NCBI GenBank assembly: GCA_963845755.1
Contig: CAWJTV010000037.1
Coordinates: 64,001 to 128,000, forward strand
Direction: 5' to 3'
Source: an uncultured Planctomycetota bacterium
GTDB taxonomy: Bacteria; Planctomycetota; Planctomycetia; Isosphaerales; Isosphaeraceae
Length of the DNA: 64,000 bases
Shown here: in pieces, positions 34,037 through 46,099 of the stretch
Layout of the letters: every line of letters begins with the position of its first letter
Numbering within the stretch: position 1 is the first letter of the stretch
Notes under the pieces: model-generated
What the model saw: only the letters and a program-made list of their open reading frames with translations
Told to the model about the DNA's origin: nothing
The model's database searches: none
Translations under genes and position numbers: made by a program

Positions 34037-34813
34037 CTACTTGACAAGTTTGGGCTTCGTGGAGATCCGGCCCAGCCTTCGCGCCACGCCGAGCTGCAAG
34101 AGGATCCCGAGTGCCGATGCCGCCTCGCGCATGTTGATCTTCGACGAGCCGGCTCGGCGGTCCTTGAACACGATGGGCGTCTCGCCGATCCGGCACCCGA
34201 CCGACTGGCACCAGAACAGGATCTCTTCCTGGAACGAGTAGCCTCGCGACCGGACGCGATCCAGGTCGATCTCGGCCAGCTTGCTCACACGATAGCAGCG
34301 GAATGCGCCGCTGTTGTCTCGACTCGTGAGTCCGAGCATCAGACGAGCGTAACTGTTGATCCCGGAGCTCATCAGCCGACGCTTGAGCGTGAACCCGCCC
34401 TCGACTCCGCCTCCCGGCACGTATCGCGAGCCGATCATCACGTCATGATCGGCCATCCCCGCCACCAGGGCGGGGATGTACTGGGCATCGTGGCTGAAAT
34501 CGGCGTCCATGTTGAGCATGTAGTCGAACTGGTTTTCAATGGCGAACCGAACCGCGGCCAGGGTCGCTGTCCCCAGGCCCAATTTACCGGGACGATGAAT
34601 CACGTGGACGTTCGGGAGTGATGCGCACAGTTCGTCGGCGATCCGCCCCGTCCCGTCGGGTGAGTTGTCGTCGATGACCAGGATCGAGGAAGCCGGAGCA
34701 TAACAGCGGATCTCTTCCACCAGCAGCTTAAGATTGCCCGCCTCGTTATAGGTCGCCAGCGAGATCAGGAGCTTGGACGGGTCCGCAACAATGGGCGCCG
34801 ATGGGTCGGGCAC
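34037..34813 (-). CDS. Polyprenol-monophosphomannose synthase-like GT2 glycosyltransferase
   Basis: ATYNEAGN, IDDNSPDGT, HRPGKLGLG, MDADFSH, IGSRYVPGG, GYSFQEE, PIVFKDRRAGSSK. Confidence 0.93.
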   Translation of the reverse strand: MPDPSAPIVADPSKLLISLATYNEAGNLKLLVEEIRCYAPASSILVIDDNSPDGTGRIADELCASLPNVHVIHRPGKLGLGTATLAAVRFAIENQFDYMLNMDADFSHDAQYIPALVAGMADHDVMIGSRYVPGGGVEGGFTLKRRLMSSGINSYARLMLGLTSRDNSGAFRCYRVSKLAEIDLDRVRSRGYSFQEEILFWCQSVGCRIGETPIVFKDRRAGSSKINMREAASALGILLQLGVARRLGRISTKPKLVK

Positions 34814-35074
34814 GGCGACGCGACTCCTTGTCGAGCAGTAGGACGATCCGTGATGACGATCGCACTCGGGCATGAGTGCGGAGCGTAGATTATCGCCGAG
34901 ACGCGCGCGGCGCCAAGTCGGAACGGGAAGGTTGGACGAGGTTCCCGTGGGGGATGAGACGGTTCACCCACTGGCCGAATCGCCCTGAGACGGGAAGGGA
35001 ATCCACGTGATGGGCCAGGAATGATGGGCTGGTGAACCTCGGGAACGCGGGGTCCTAGCCGGGACGGATTGTCG

Positions 35075-35218
35075 AAGAAAGCAGGTGCCGCCTCCGGAAG
35101 CTCCTGTCCGGGGACGGCTAAACACCGCCCGGGTCAGGTTGACCGCTTTCGCCGTCCCTCCCGGGAAGAGAAACGACGGGGAGCACCAGGATCTGCGTTG
35201 GCGACACCTGCTCGTTCG
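35075..35218 (-). ncRNA. Structured ncRNA candidate (6S RNA-like)
   Basis: Closing stem GAGCAGGUGUCGCC/GGCGGCACCUGCUU with GU pairs that form only on the minus strand; inner UCCUG/CAGGA helix and three hairpins; 3' GCGGCAC as in 6S RNAs. Confidence 0.45.
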
Positions 35219-35400
35219 TGAAGTCGGCAACCACCCCCCCACGCCGGTCAGGGTAGTGATGAGGGCGTCCTAAAATCCTTTCGGCGCACGGATATCGGAT
35301 TCATGAGTCGTTTCCGACGCTTTTTCCGCCGTGGCCTCAAGCCTTGAGGGATGGGACGATTCGTTGGCCATTGTTTCTGGTCCGAATGTTGTTGCGGCTC

Positions 35401-36732
35401 TCAACCCTGCTTGGACTGTCGGAGTCGGGTGAAAAGCTGGCTATAGGGTGCAAAATCGTGGGCGGCCCCGGGCCGAATCTTGCCAGGAGTCGAGGAGTCT
35501 GGACCGACGGGCCGTTCCTCGCGGAGCGGGTTATCGGGGTTATCGGGATTCGCGTACGTACCCCCGGAACCCTCGGCCGTCTCTTCGGATGGCACGGATC
35601 GCTCGCGGTTCCGGCTCCATTCCGACCAGGCTTGCATGGCTGCATAACGATCGTCAACTACCTGCTCCTCGAGTTCGGCCTCGACCGACGCCGATCCTCC
35701 CTCGTCAGTCGGCGAGCTTTCCGCGAGGGTCGGTTCGGCCTCAAGGTCACCGTCCCATCCGACCTCGACCAGCCCCTCCTCCAGGCGAATCGGGGGCTTG
35801 GTAGGGATCAACGAAGCTGACCCCATCGGCAGCCCGCTCGTCGCCCCGACGGCGCTTCCGTCGAGTGGCCGGAATTCGCCAGTCGCCTGGACGCGGGGGG
35901 CGTTCCGCGATCCGGGACGGTCGGAGACGGTCGAGGATCCGGCGACCTGGCTGCTCCCATTCCTCGATCGAGTTCCCGGGCCCGGACCGAACAATTGGGG
36001 TCGCAAATCGGCGATCTGCATGAGCAGCCGGGGATTACCGAGGGCATCTCGGTGCAATTCTTCCAGGTCTGTCGAGGTGGAATCCGTCTTCCCCAATCGG
36101 CCCTGCACGCCGAGCAATTCGCGGGCTTCATCGAGATCCAGCGGCATCAGGTGGAGGTGGAGACTCGAGCGGACGGCCCTTCCCTCCAGGCGCCTTGGGG
36201 TCATCTCTCGCACGAATTCAGGCCGGGCGAGGAGGAGCAATGCCGAGAAACCGCCGACTCGTCCCAGCGAACCGGCGAGGCTGTCGATCTCCTCCCACAC
36301 CACCGAGGAGCCGCGGTGCACCTCGTCCACGATCAGGAGCCAGTTGCGACCGTCCCGGGCGTCGTCCTCCAGCGCGGCACGAATCCGTAACCGCGCAACG
36401 CCGACGCGTTCCGTCATGGGAAGACCCAGGGCATCTGCAACGAGCCGGAGAAACTCCAGGGCATCGAGCGTTGAGGTCAGTTCCACGGAGAGGGCTCGCC
36501 AGCCGGTCGGGAGACTGTCGACGAGCCGGCCGGCAAGCCAGGACTTGCCGGCTCCCGGCTCGCCCGTGAGCAGGAGCGGACGATTCATCCTGTCGTCCAC
36601 GGCCGCCTGCAATTGTTCCAGCGCTCGCCGACGACTCGAGACGGCGCATGGTGTCGAATTGCCAGGTCCCCGTCGTCGTGGCGGGTTTGCGTGGCCGCGA
36701 TCGGGCTGCCACGAATCGTGATCCTTCGTCAT
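35401..36732 (-). CDS. ExeA/GspA-like AAA ATPase with disordered acidic C-terminal tail
   Basis: Walker A GEPGAGKS, Walker B LLIVDE, LHRDALGNPR. Confidence 0.8.
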   Translation of the reverse strand: MTKDHDSWQPDRGHANPPRRRGPGNSTPCAVSSRRRALEQLQAAVDDRMNRPLLLTGEPGAGKSWLAGRLVDSLPTGWRALSVELTSTLDALEFLRLVADALGLPMTERVGVARLRIRAALEDDARDGRNWLLIVDEVHRGSSVVWEEIDSLAGSLGRVGGFSALLLLARPEFVREMTPRRLEGRAVRSSLHLHLMPLDLDEARELLGVQGRLGKTDSTSTDLEELHRDALGNPRLLMQIADLRPQLFGPGPGTRSRNGSSQVAGSSTVSDRPGSRNAPRVQATGEFRPLDGSAVGATSGLPMGSASLIPTKPPIRLEEGLVEVGWDGDLEAEPTLAESSPTDEGGSASVEAELEEQVVDDRYAAMQAWSEWSRNRERSVPSEETAEGSGGTYANPDNPDNPLREERPVGPDSSTPGKIRPGAAHDFAPYSQLFTRLRQSKQG

Positions 36733-37349
36733 GAGTCCTACCTCCTCCGCGGCTCCGAAACGAAGGCTCAGAGGCGTTAAAAGCATCGATTCAGAATGAC
36801 GGATTCCAGATCGAGAATGTTGTAAGTCATTTGCCTCTAAGATGTTAAGTTAAGCGTCTCTTGAAGATCGAATCTCCGGCTCGTTCGAGTGGAGACGCAC
36901 TCACCTGGCGAGATCGACCGGAATCTCCCGAGATTCTGTCACATATCGGGGGCCGAGTGAGTATGTAAGGGTTGTAACCAGAATCCCTGCCCACCCAAAC
37001 GTGCGAGATTCGGCCGAATCCCTGCGGGGATCGATCCTCTTTCCGGATTAACTCCAAGAGATCGAGCTACCAGTCGAACTGGAGTTAGGGTTACTGCAGA
37101 GGCGCAGTACGACGCCTGAGTACCTCACCAATCATCGGTGGCCGGTCGGTTCCGTCTTGAACACGGTTTTCCGCGACAACGCCTGGCGACACGATCGATG
37201 ACTCCCGACGGAAGTTGCTCAAGTTTTTCGGTTTTTGGTAAGATGATGGTCAACCTACGTGGGACCTGATGGGCCCGGGTCCAGACGCCGTGCTGCTTTG
37301 CAACCCGGTATTACTCGCACGAGCATTCCAGTCCGTTCCGGAGGGCATT

Positions 37350-38246
37350 GTGGCCACGGATATCAACACGACCAGTGACGATCGCATCGGCGGCTATCGC
37401 TACGTGCGCACGATCCATCCGGGTCATACCTCCGTTGTGATGGAGGTCGTTCATGACGCCACTCAGCGCCGTTTCGCCCTGAAGCAGTTGCTCGCCTCCC
37501 GAGCTGAGGAACGCGTTGAGTACAGGGCATTCATGCATGAGGCCAAGCTCGGTATGGAGCTTCGCCACCCGAACTTGATCCGGGTCGTTGAAGTCGTCAA
37601 AGATCCGGTTCAGCCGTATTTCGTGATGGAGTTGTTCGGGGGCCAGCACCTGAAGCTCTCGATCGCCCGCCCTTCGGTCTACCCGATGCCGATCAAGCTT
37701 CTCCACCGGATTATCGAGCAGGCCGCGCTGGCGCTCTCCTACATGCATGACAAGGGATGGGTTCACCGTGACGTCAAGCCCGAGAACATCTTGTTCAGCA
37801 AGTCGGGCGAGGTACGGGTGATCGACTATGCGCTGGCGCGGCGGGTCGCGACCGGCTTTCTCAAGCTGTTCAGCGGCAAGGTGCCCCGACAGGGAACGCG
37901 AACCTATATCTCTCCCGAGCAAATCCGTTGCGAGCCCCCATCGACTTCGTCCGATATTTACAGTCTGGGGATCACCTGCTATGAATTAGCGTGTGGTCGC
38001 CCGCCATTCCGCGCCAATTCGTCGCAAGAGCTGCTCGAGAAGCACTTGAACGAAAAACCGATCCCGCTGACCGGCCATAACAAGCGGGTCACGCCGGAAT
38101 TCAATGATCTGATCATGAAGATGATCCAGAAGCGGGCGGTCAACCGGTTCAGCAGCCTGGATGAGTTCCTGTCGCGATTCCGCCCCGTCCGGATCTTCCA
38201 GGACGATCCCGATCCCCTGGCCGGGCGCGACCAGGGTTTCGCGTGA
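37350..38246 (+). CDS. Ser/Thr protein kinase with atypical Gly loop and DYA in place of DFG
   Basis: FALK, HRDVKPENIL, IDYALA, QGTRTYISPE, DIYSLG. Confidence 0.88.
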   Translation: MATDINTTSDDRIGGYRYVRTIHPGHTSVVMEVVHDATQRRFALKQLLASRAEERVEYRAFMHEAKLGMELRHPNLIRVVEVVKDPVQPYFVMELFGGQHLKLSIARPSVYPMPIKLLHRIIEQAALALSYMHDKGWVHRDVKPENILFSKSGEVRVIDYALARRVATGFLKLFSGKVPRQGTRTYISPEQIRCEPPSTSSDIYSLGITCYELACGRPPFRANSSQELLEKHLNEKPIPLTGHNKRVTPEFNDLIMKMIQKRAVNRFSSLDEFLSRFRPVRIFQDDPDPLAGRDQGFA

Positions 38247-38360
38247 TCGAGATCCTCCGCCCGTCAGACGCGATGGTTGTGGATCGTCGGCCTGAGATTC
38301 GAGCCCACACCGGGTTCCCGTTCCCGTATCGCGTCTCGATCAGTCGAGGACTCAGCATCG

Positions 38361-39380
38361 ATGCCCAGTCCCAGCGAACCGCGTCTGGCCTTTGAAGCGC
38401 CGATCCTGGAGATGGAGTCCCGCCTCTCCGAGATGGAGGCCCAGTACGCCAAGAACCGCACCGCGGGCGACACGACCAAGATTGCCGAACTGATCCGCCG
38501 GACCCGTCGCGAGCTGGCGGCGCTGAAGCGCGAGATCTATTCTCAACTGGATCCCTGGCAGATTGTCCAGGTCTCGCGGCATGTTCGCCGCCCCCAGACC
38601 CGTGACTACATCGACCTGCTCTTCGAGCAGTTCGTGGAGCTGCACGGCGACCGCGCCGTGGGCGACGACAAGGCGATCGTCACCGGCCTGGCCCACCTCG
38701 ATGAGCACAAGGTAATGTTCATCGGCCATCAGAAGGGGAAGAACCTGGCCGAGCGCACGGCCTGCCACTTCGGCTGCGCCCACCCCGAAGGATATCGCAA
38801 GGCGCTCGTGAAGATGCGGCTCGCCGCCAAGTTCGGATTGCCGATCATCTCGTTCATCGATACGCCCGGCGCGTATCCGGGGATCACGGCCGAGGAGCGC
38901 GGCCAGGCCGCGATCATCGCCGAGAACCTCATGGCGATGAGCCAGATTCGCAGCCCGATCATCTGCGTGGTGATCGGCGAGGGCGGGTCGGGAGGAGCCC
39001 TGGGGATCGGCATCGGCGATCGACTCGCGATGCTCGAGTTTACGTATTACTCCGTCATCAGTCCCGAGGGATGTGCCTCGATCCTCTGGAAAGGCAGCGA
39101 GCATGCGCCGAAGGCGGCCGCTTCGCTCAAGATGACCAGCCGCGACCTCCTCCGCTTCGGCATCATCGACGAGATCATCCCCGAACCGCTCGGCGGGGCG
39201 CATCGCGACCACCGCGAGGCCGCCGCCAACCTCAAGACGTTCCTGATTCATGCCCTCCGGCAACTGCAGGACCTGCCCATCGACGAACTACTCGATCGCC
39301 GGTACGACAAATACCGCAAGATCGGGGTCTTCATGGATTCGTCCGCCGAAGCGGAACGGAACGGTATCGCGGTAACCTAG
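38361..39380 (+). CDS. accA: Acetyl-CoA carboxylase carboxyltransferase subunit alpha
   Basis: ELHGDR, PEGYRKA, FIDTPGAYPG, AEERGQ, IGEGGSGGALG, YSVISPEGCASILW, PEPLGGAHR. Confidence 0.98.
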   Translation: MPSPSEPRLAFEAPILEMESRLSEMEAQYAKNRTAGDTTKIAELIRRTRRELAALKREIYSQLDPWQIVQVSRHVRRPQTRDYIDLLFEQFVELHGDRAVGDDKAIVTGLAHLDEHKVMFIGHQKGKNLAERTACHFGCAHPEGYRKALVKMRLAAKFGLPIISFIDTPGAYPGITAEERGQAAIIAENLMAMSQIRSPIICVVIGEGGSGGALGIGIGDRLAMLEFTYYSVISPEGCASILWKGSEHAPKAAASLKMTSRDLLRFGIIDEIIPEPLGGAHRDHREAAANLKTFLIHALRQLQDLPIDELLDRRYDKYRKIGVFMDSSAEAERNGIAVT

Positions 39381-40507
39381 ACTCGATCAGGCGAGTCATC
39401 TTCGGCCCAGGTGCCCCTCTCGATCTCGTGCATCGGCTGGGTCGAGTCCCCGAGTCGATCGGACGTTCGCGATCGACCCCATTCCCGTGCCGCGGACGCG
39501 GCCAATCGACGTTTGACAAGCCACACGATCACGATTCCAGCCAGCCCGATTCCCGATACCGACGCACGGAAAATGGCCTGGGCGCGGTTCACGGCCGGGC
39601 CTCGGCTGAACGTTGAGACCGCTCCCACGCCGAGAACGATCCAGAAGAAGACCTCGACATTCTTGAGGATCCCGGTCCTGTTCGGAGCTCGTCGTCCCGC
39701 GGGGATCGTGCTGCTTTGTCCCGGTTCGGGGAAGGCAATCACTTCCCGCCCGTGATCGGTGGAGCGGCTGGGTCGGTATGGTTTCAGATAGGGACGGATC
39801 GCCACGAGAGTGGCCGCACGAGGCGTGTACTTATAGACGTTCCGTTCGGCGTCGAGAAACCTGGCAAGTCCGCGCTCGACGAGTCGGTTCGCTTGCTCGG
39901 AACGGAAGGCTCGATGATCGCCGAGTGGGTCCTTTGCCGAGTAAGGGACGGCGGGCTGACTCGCACCTGCCAGGCGCCGGAGGTGCCAATCGAGGAGCTC
40001 CAGGAACTCGGATCCGGTGAGGACTTCTTGAAGGAGGCTGCCGGAGAGATCGGTGTCCCGCCCTCTGAGCTCGTCCATGGTGACGAGGCAACGACCGTCA
40101 TGAAGTCGCGTGAAAAACTTGGTGATCGACATCGGGATGCCCGCCAGGGTCCCGGTGCTCGTCTGGGCGAGGACGGTTCGGTCGGTCGAGATCCAGAAGT
40201 TATAGCGGAGGCGATAAATCTTGCCTTTCCCGTGCCGATAGGCCCCGAGGAACGTGAAGCCAGACTGCTCGGCCGTCAGGTTCGCCGCACGAAAATGTTC
40301 GGTGATGGGGATCGAGGAATCCGGCTCCGACGGCCCATCGTGATCACTCCCGGCAGGTTCGGAGCTGGCGTGAGGGGGCCGGGTGGCTCGGATCGGGACA
40401 TAGGGCCACACGAGCAACTTCTCGAACGACCCCACCACGATGGTGAGCAGACCGAGAAGGACCAGAAAAGCCAGGACTGCGGCGACCGGCAAGAGCAGCC
40501 AGAACAT
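39377..40507 (-). CDS. Hypothetical membrane protein
   Basis: 376 aa; one N-terminal TM and two C-terminal TMs; GAGG before ATG. Confidence 0.65.
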   Translation of the reverse strand: MFWLLLPVAAVLAFLVLLGLLTIVVGSFEKLLVWPYVPIRATRPPHASSEPAGSDHDGPSEPDSSIPITEHFRAANLTAEQSGFTFLGAYRHGKGKIYRLRYNFWISTDRTVLAQTSTGTLAGIPMSITKFFTRLHDGRCLVTMDELRGRDTDLSGSLLQEVLTGSEFLELLDWHLRRLAGASQPAVPYSAKDPLGDHRAFRSEQANRLVERGLARFLDAERNVYKYTPRAATLVAIRPYLKPYRPSRSTDHGREVIAFPEPGQSSTIPAGRRAPNRTGILKNVEVFFWIVLGVGAVSTFSRGPAVNRAQAIFRASVSGIGLAGIVIVWLVKRRLAASAAREWGRSRTSDRLGDSTQPMHEIERGTWAEDDSPDRV

Positions 40508-40646
40508 GAGGTTGTCCGTGTGGCCGAACGATTCGGCTCAGCAGGGCAGGCGTATCGTCGCCCCGGCACCTCCGCCCCGATCATGGGGTCCGGAGATGCC
40601 AGTGGGTGCGCGAGGATCGAGGTCGAGCCTCGACGAGGAATCCCGG

Positions 40647-41972
<1,326 letters not shown>

Positions 41973-42225
41973 GGGAAAGCCCTCGTTGCGTTTGGGTGGG
42001 GATCGTCCAGCAAGTGCGTGGGCACGTTCATCTAAACCCGAGCCGGCGCCGCGCGTCAAGGCGGTCGTGCCAGTCGCCGGGTGATTCTCGCGGGATCATC
42101 GGGCAACCCACGCCGGCATGCGTCAACACCCCGCCTGCCCCGAATTATTGCCGGAATCTGGGATGGCGCGGCGGGTTCGCTGCATTACTGGATAGAGACG
42201 GGACGGTGGGGAGGGTCGAAACGCG

Positions 42226-43323
42226 ATGATCCGAGGCAAGTCGGGCGAGGCGGGACGTCAACTCCAGCGGCTCTGGTCGGCCGGAACGCTGACCGGGCTG
42301 ACTGACGCCCAGCTCCTCAGACGGTTCGTGGAGACCCGTGGTCACGATGCGACGGCCGAATCGGCCTTCCGCGAGCTGGTGAATCGCCATGCGGGGATGG
42401 TGCTGGGGATCTGTCGCCAGATCCTCAGGCGCCACCATGACGTGGATGACGCATTCCAGGCCACGTTCCTGGTCCTGGTGCGAAAGGCGCCTTCGATCCA
42501 TGTGGGCGATTCGCTCGGCCCATGGCTATGCAGCGTGGCGTACCGAACGGCCCATCGGGCCCGGGCCGACGCGGCGCACCATCCCTCGACCGGCGTCGAG
42601 GCGCTCGAGGAGTTCCCGGGGCCGGCCCCGGACCACGCATTCCAGGTGGACCTGCGCCCCCTGCTCCACGAGGAGTTGAATCGACTCCCGGGCAAGTTCC
42701 GGGACCCGATCGTGCTCTGTCACCTCGAGGGCAAATCACTCGATGAGGCGGCGCGACTGCTTCACTGGCCGATCGGTACGGTAAGCAGCCGCCTGTCGCG
42801 CGGCCGAAGCCTCTTGCGGTCGCGGCTGGAACGTCGCGGAGTGACGGCTTCGTCGGCGATCATCGCGGCCAACTGGCTGGCCGGTATGCCGACGGCCCTG
42901 TCCCTCCCGCTGATCGAATCCACGGTCACGTCCGCGATCCGGTTCGCGGCGTCGCAAACGGTTTCTACCGTGGTCCTGTCCTTGACGCAAGGAGTCTTGA
43001 GAATCATGTGGCTTAGAAAAATCGCAAGGATCTCGCTGGCAGTGTTCCTCTTCACCGCCACCACGGGTGGAATCGCTGTGTGGGCACACTGGCCATCATC
43101 AACCCGAAATGCCGGCTCTTCGGTTCGGGACGCCGGCTCGGCGCCGCAACCGGGGCAACCGCCAGCCACCTCCGAGTCCGCCGGGACCGACGTCCAGGTC
43201 GCCGATGGCCCAACCGATTGTTCGGACGAGTGCCTACCGGCCAATTGCCCGATCTCGATGGCTGCGAATGCCGTTTCGAGGATGTTCGCCCACTTCCACT
43301 CTGGCTCCACGTCTTCCCGATAG
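42226..43323 (+). CDS. Membrane-anchored ECF sigma factor with short Cys-containing C-terminal extension
   Basis: [53 protein letters not shown] after GVLRIM. Confidence 0.92.
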   Translation: MIRGKSGEAGRQLQRLWSAGTLTGLTDAQLLRRFVETRGHDATAESAFRELVNRHAGMVLGICRQILRRHHDVDDAFQATFLVLVRKAPSIHVGDSLGPWLCSVAYRTAHRARADAAHHPSTGVEALEEFPGPAPDHAFQVDLRPLLHEELNRLPGKFRDPIVLCHLEGKSLDEAARLLHWPIGTVSSRLSRGRSLLRSRLERRGVTASSAIIAANWLAGMPTALSLPLIESTVTSAIRFAASQTVSTVVLSLTQGVLRIMWLRKIARISLAVFLFTATTGGIAVWAHWPSSTRNAGSSVRDAGSAPQPGQPPATSESAGTDVQVADGPTDCSDECLPANCPISMAANAVSRMFAHFHSGSTSSR

Positions 43324-43369
43324 CACCCGCGTTGTAGCGGGGTCGAGTCGTCACCGCTCCCCTGGCCCG

Positions 43370-45019
43370 TCAAGGGAGAAGCCGCATGCCCAGCACGGTG
43401 TTGATCCGGAGTGTATTCCGACGGTGCCGGGCAAGACTGTCTCGATAGTAGCGGACCAGCGAGGTCGTGTCGCGCTGAATACTCAGGTAGTCCGCGACGC
43501 CGATCTCGCCCCGGTCCAGCCGTGCGCGAGCACGGTCGCGCTTGCGACGGATTGCCGGGAGCGTGACCTGCTCCAGCCGTCGCACGTCGCCGATCGTGTT
43601 CGCGAAATCGCGGGCCGCCTGTCGCACCTCGTCGGCGATCTCGCGCTCCAGCGCCGAGGTCTCATGGTGGCTCTGCTCGATGTTGAGCCTGGCCCGGAGC
43701 AGGTTCCCCTGGTTTCGGTTGAACAGCGGAATCGAGACGAACAGCCCGGCCCCCCAGGATGCCGCGCTCTGAAGCCCCGTGGGCCCGTTGTCGTGATACT
43801 CGAAGGGGCTGTACAGCAAATAGGCATCGGAGAATCGCTCGGCCCGTTCCTGATCCATCTCGGCGCGTGCACGCGCGATTCCCAGGCGATGGGCTGTCAG
43901 ATCTGGCCGGTGGCGCAGCGCGACATAAACCAGGGTCTCCGCGGGGGGAAGCTTCGGGTCCAGAACACGGAGAGTCCCGTAGAGTTCCAGGTGCTCAGAT
44001 TGCTCATCCGTCAGGTCGAGCAGGCCACCCAGCCGCTTTCGGGCTTTCTGATGGCGGTCCCGCTCGTCGCCCACCGACATCGCCGTGATATCTCGCTCGA
44101 TGATCAGGTCGTCGAGACTCTCCTCGTCCGCCGCGCTGCGCCGGCCTGGCCTGCGCACCGCGTAAGATCTGGTCGATCAGCCCAAGGCTCCGCTCGGCGG
44201 CTCGGACGGCCTGTCGGGCCGCCAGGGCGTCGACGTACGCCGTATAGAGGTTGTCGATCTCCAGCCGCACGGCGTCCTGATACTGGGCCTCCAGCACCTC
44301 CTTCTCCCGCCGAGCCAGCGCAATCCGGGCCTTTCGCTTGCCGCTGAAATCGAACGGGTACACGATGCTGATGCCGTGCTCGATCTCGCCGGGCCGCCGC
44401 GGGGAGTAGGAGCCATAGGGAATTGTGTCGGACGAGTAGAATACCAGCGGGTTGGCACGGAGCCCCGCGGACAGGATGTCGGCCTCGGCCTGGGGAATCT
44501 CCAGGAACTTGGTACGGAGCTGGGGACTGGTTCGGACCAGATGATCGATGGCCGAATCCAGCGTCAGGCCGTCAAGGGGACCTTCGTCGAGGCCGAAATC
44601 CAGCCGATCGTCGGATGCCGACTCCACCGCTCCGGACCGGCCTTGCCCACGGTCCACGGGCAGACGGAGTCGCTCGATGGCCGGCGCCAGGCCATGCTCG
44701 CGCCGAACGGCTCCGCGCCGGGCAGCATGATCGCACCGGGATCGGCCGGCCGGCGGGTCAACCGCGGCAGGGGCGCCAGCCTGCGAGCGGGATCGATGCC
44801 CAGGAGGATGTCGTTGCTGCCCGGGCTTCGCCGGTAGGGGCTGGCCGCCGTACCGGGCGTCCGACCCAGCTCGGTATCGCGCCGTCGCTCCGCATTCTCC
44901 TTCCCCTGGGCCGCCATGATGATGTCGTCGGCCAGCGTGACTTGAGCACGGCACTCCAGGCTCGACAGCCCGAAGACGAGGACTCCCGCCACGCTCCGGA
45001 CGATCATCCCGCAATTCAT
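43370..45019 (-). CDS. TolC-family outer membrane efflux protein (frameshifts near 44690 and 44150)
   Basis: Signal peptide; EIPQAEADILSAGLRANP, ALRHRPDL, SIPLFNRNQGN, spread over three frames. Confidence 0.8.
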
Positions 45020-45290
45020 GACCTCGGTGGTCCCCGCCCCGAAATACCCGGTCCGCCGCCTCGATAAAGATCGGCCAACCGTCACCATCGGCTTGATCGC
45101 GAATCCGTGCGCAGTGCGGTCGACGGCCCGTTTCGGTGCTATCCTACGATTAATCGGGACGAAGCGTTCCTGCGGGCCTGACCATGGAGCGACGAGGCTC
45201 CTGAACCGCCAGCATGGCACTCGCGAGGCGTCTCGTCATCCACGTGTGGATAGGATCTGTTCAGAAACTCATGGCTCCGAGGCACGACTG

Positions 45291-46043
45291 ATGGCACTCA
45301 AGAAGCATGGCTCGAGGAGAAGTCGTCAACACTTCATTCCGGGTCGCGACGCGCTCCTGGAGGATCGCCTGGTCATGAGCTCTCCGGGCCGAGTGACCTA
45401 CCTCCTGCCACCTTCGCTCGGAAGCACTGTTCGGCATCATCAGAGAGAGTTCGCACCGATTCGCCAGGGTCCGGTCCAAGCGGAGGTTCGGGTCGCGAAC
45501 CATCCAGCCCACCATGAGGCGCGGATTAATGCAGCCCCGACTGTGAAACGGTGGTCCTGGCTGGCCGATACCTACTGGTACGTGCCGACCTCGAACCTAC
45601 CAGCCGTGCTATTCAACAGCTCGACCGGAAAATTGGCGCCGGTCAGTGACCAGACCGTCTTTCATATCACCGGTTACCGAGACGGCTACTTCTGGGGAAC
45701 GACGGTGACTCAGCTCGGGTCGTCTTCCGCTTCCTGCTCATCCATGGTGGGATCGGTCACGCCCCAAGGTAAGGTCCTGCTGACCTTTACGTCAACCAGC
45801 AGCTCATCGAGCCCTTCGATCACCGAAGGATCCGGCGTGATGCAGAGGAAGTTTGGCAAGTGGACTATGGAGAATCAGATGTTCACTTCTCCTGGTCAAA
45901 CGCTCCAGATCGGCCACTGGGCGTACATGGTGCAGACGCATCCGGGTCTACCGAGCTGGAACGCGCTCCCTTCCTCGGGTGTTTCCGTCCCCGAGTTCCT
46001 GGGCCAATGTGCGGGTTGTGGCCCTCAGCCGGTCGTCTCGTAG
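45291..46043 (+). CDS. Secreted hypothetical protein with planctomycete extracellular motif
   Basis: RRSR...LLEDRLVMS motif; beta-rich C-terminal domain (TYWYVP, DQTVFHITGY, GYFWG). Confidence 0.7.
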   Translation: MALKKHGSRRSRQHFIPGRDALLEDRLVMSSPGRVTYLLPPSLGSTVRHHQREFAPIRQGPVQAEVRVANHPAHHEARINAAPTVKRWSWLADTYWYVPTSNLPAVLFNSSTGKLAPVSDQTVFHITGYRDGYFWGTTVTQLGSSSASCSSMVGSVTPQGKVLLTFTSTSSSSSPSITEGSGVMQRKFGKWTMENQMFTSPGQTLQIGHWAYMVQTHPGLPSWNALPSSGVSVPEFLGQCAGCGPQPVVS

Positions 46044-46099
46044 TCCGGCGATCGGACGTGGCCACGGGCTTCGGACGACCCGATCGCCCGGCGGATGAC

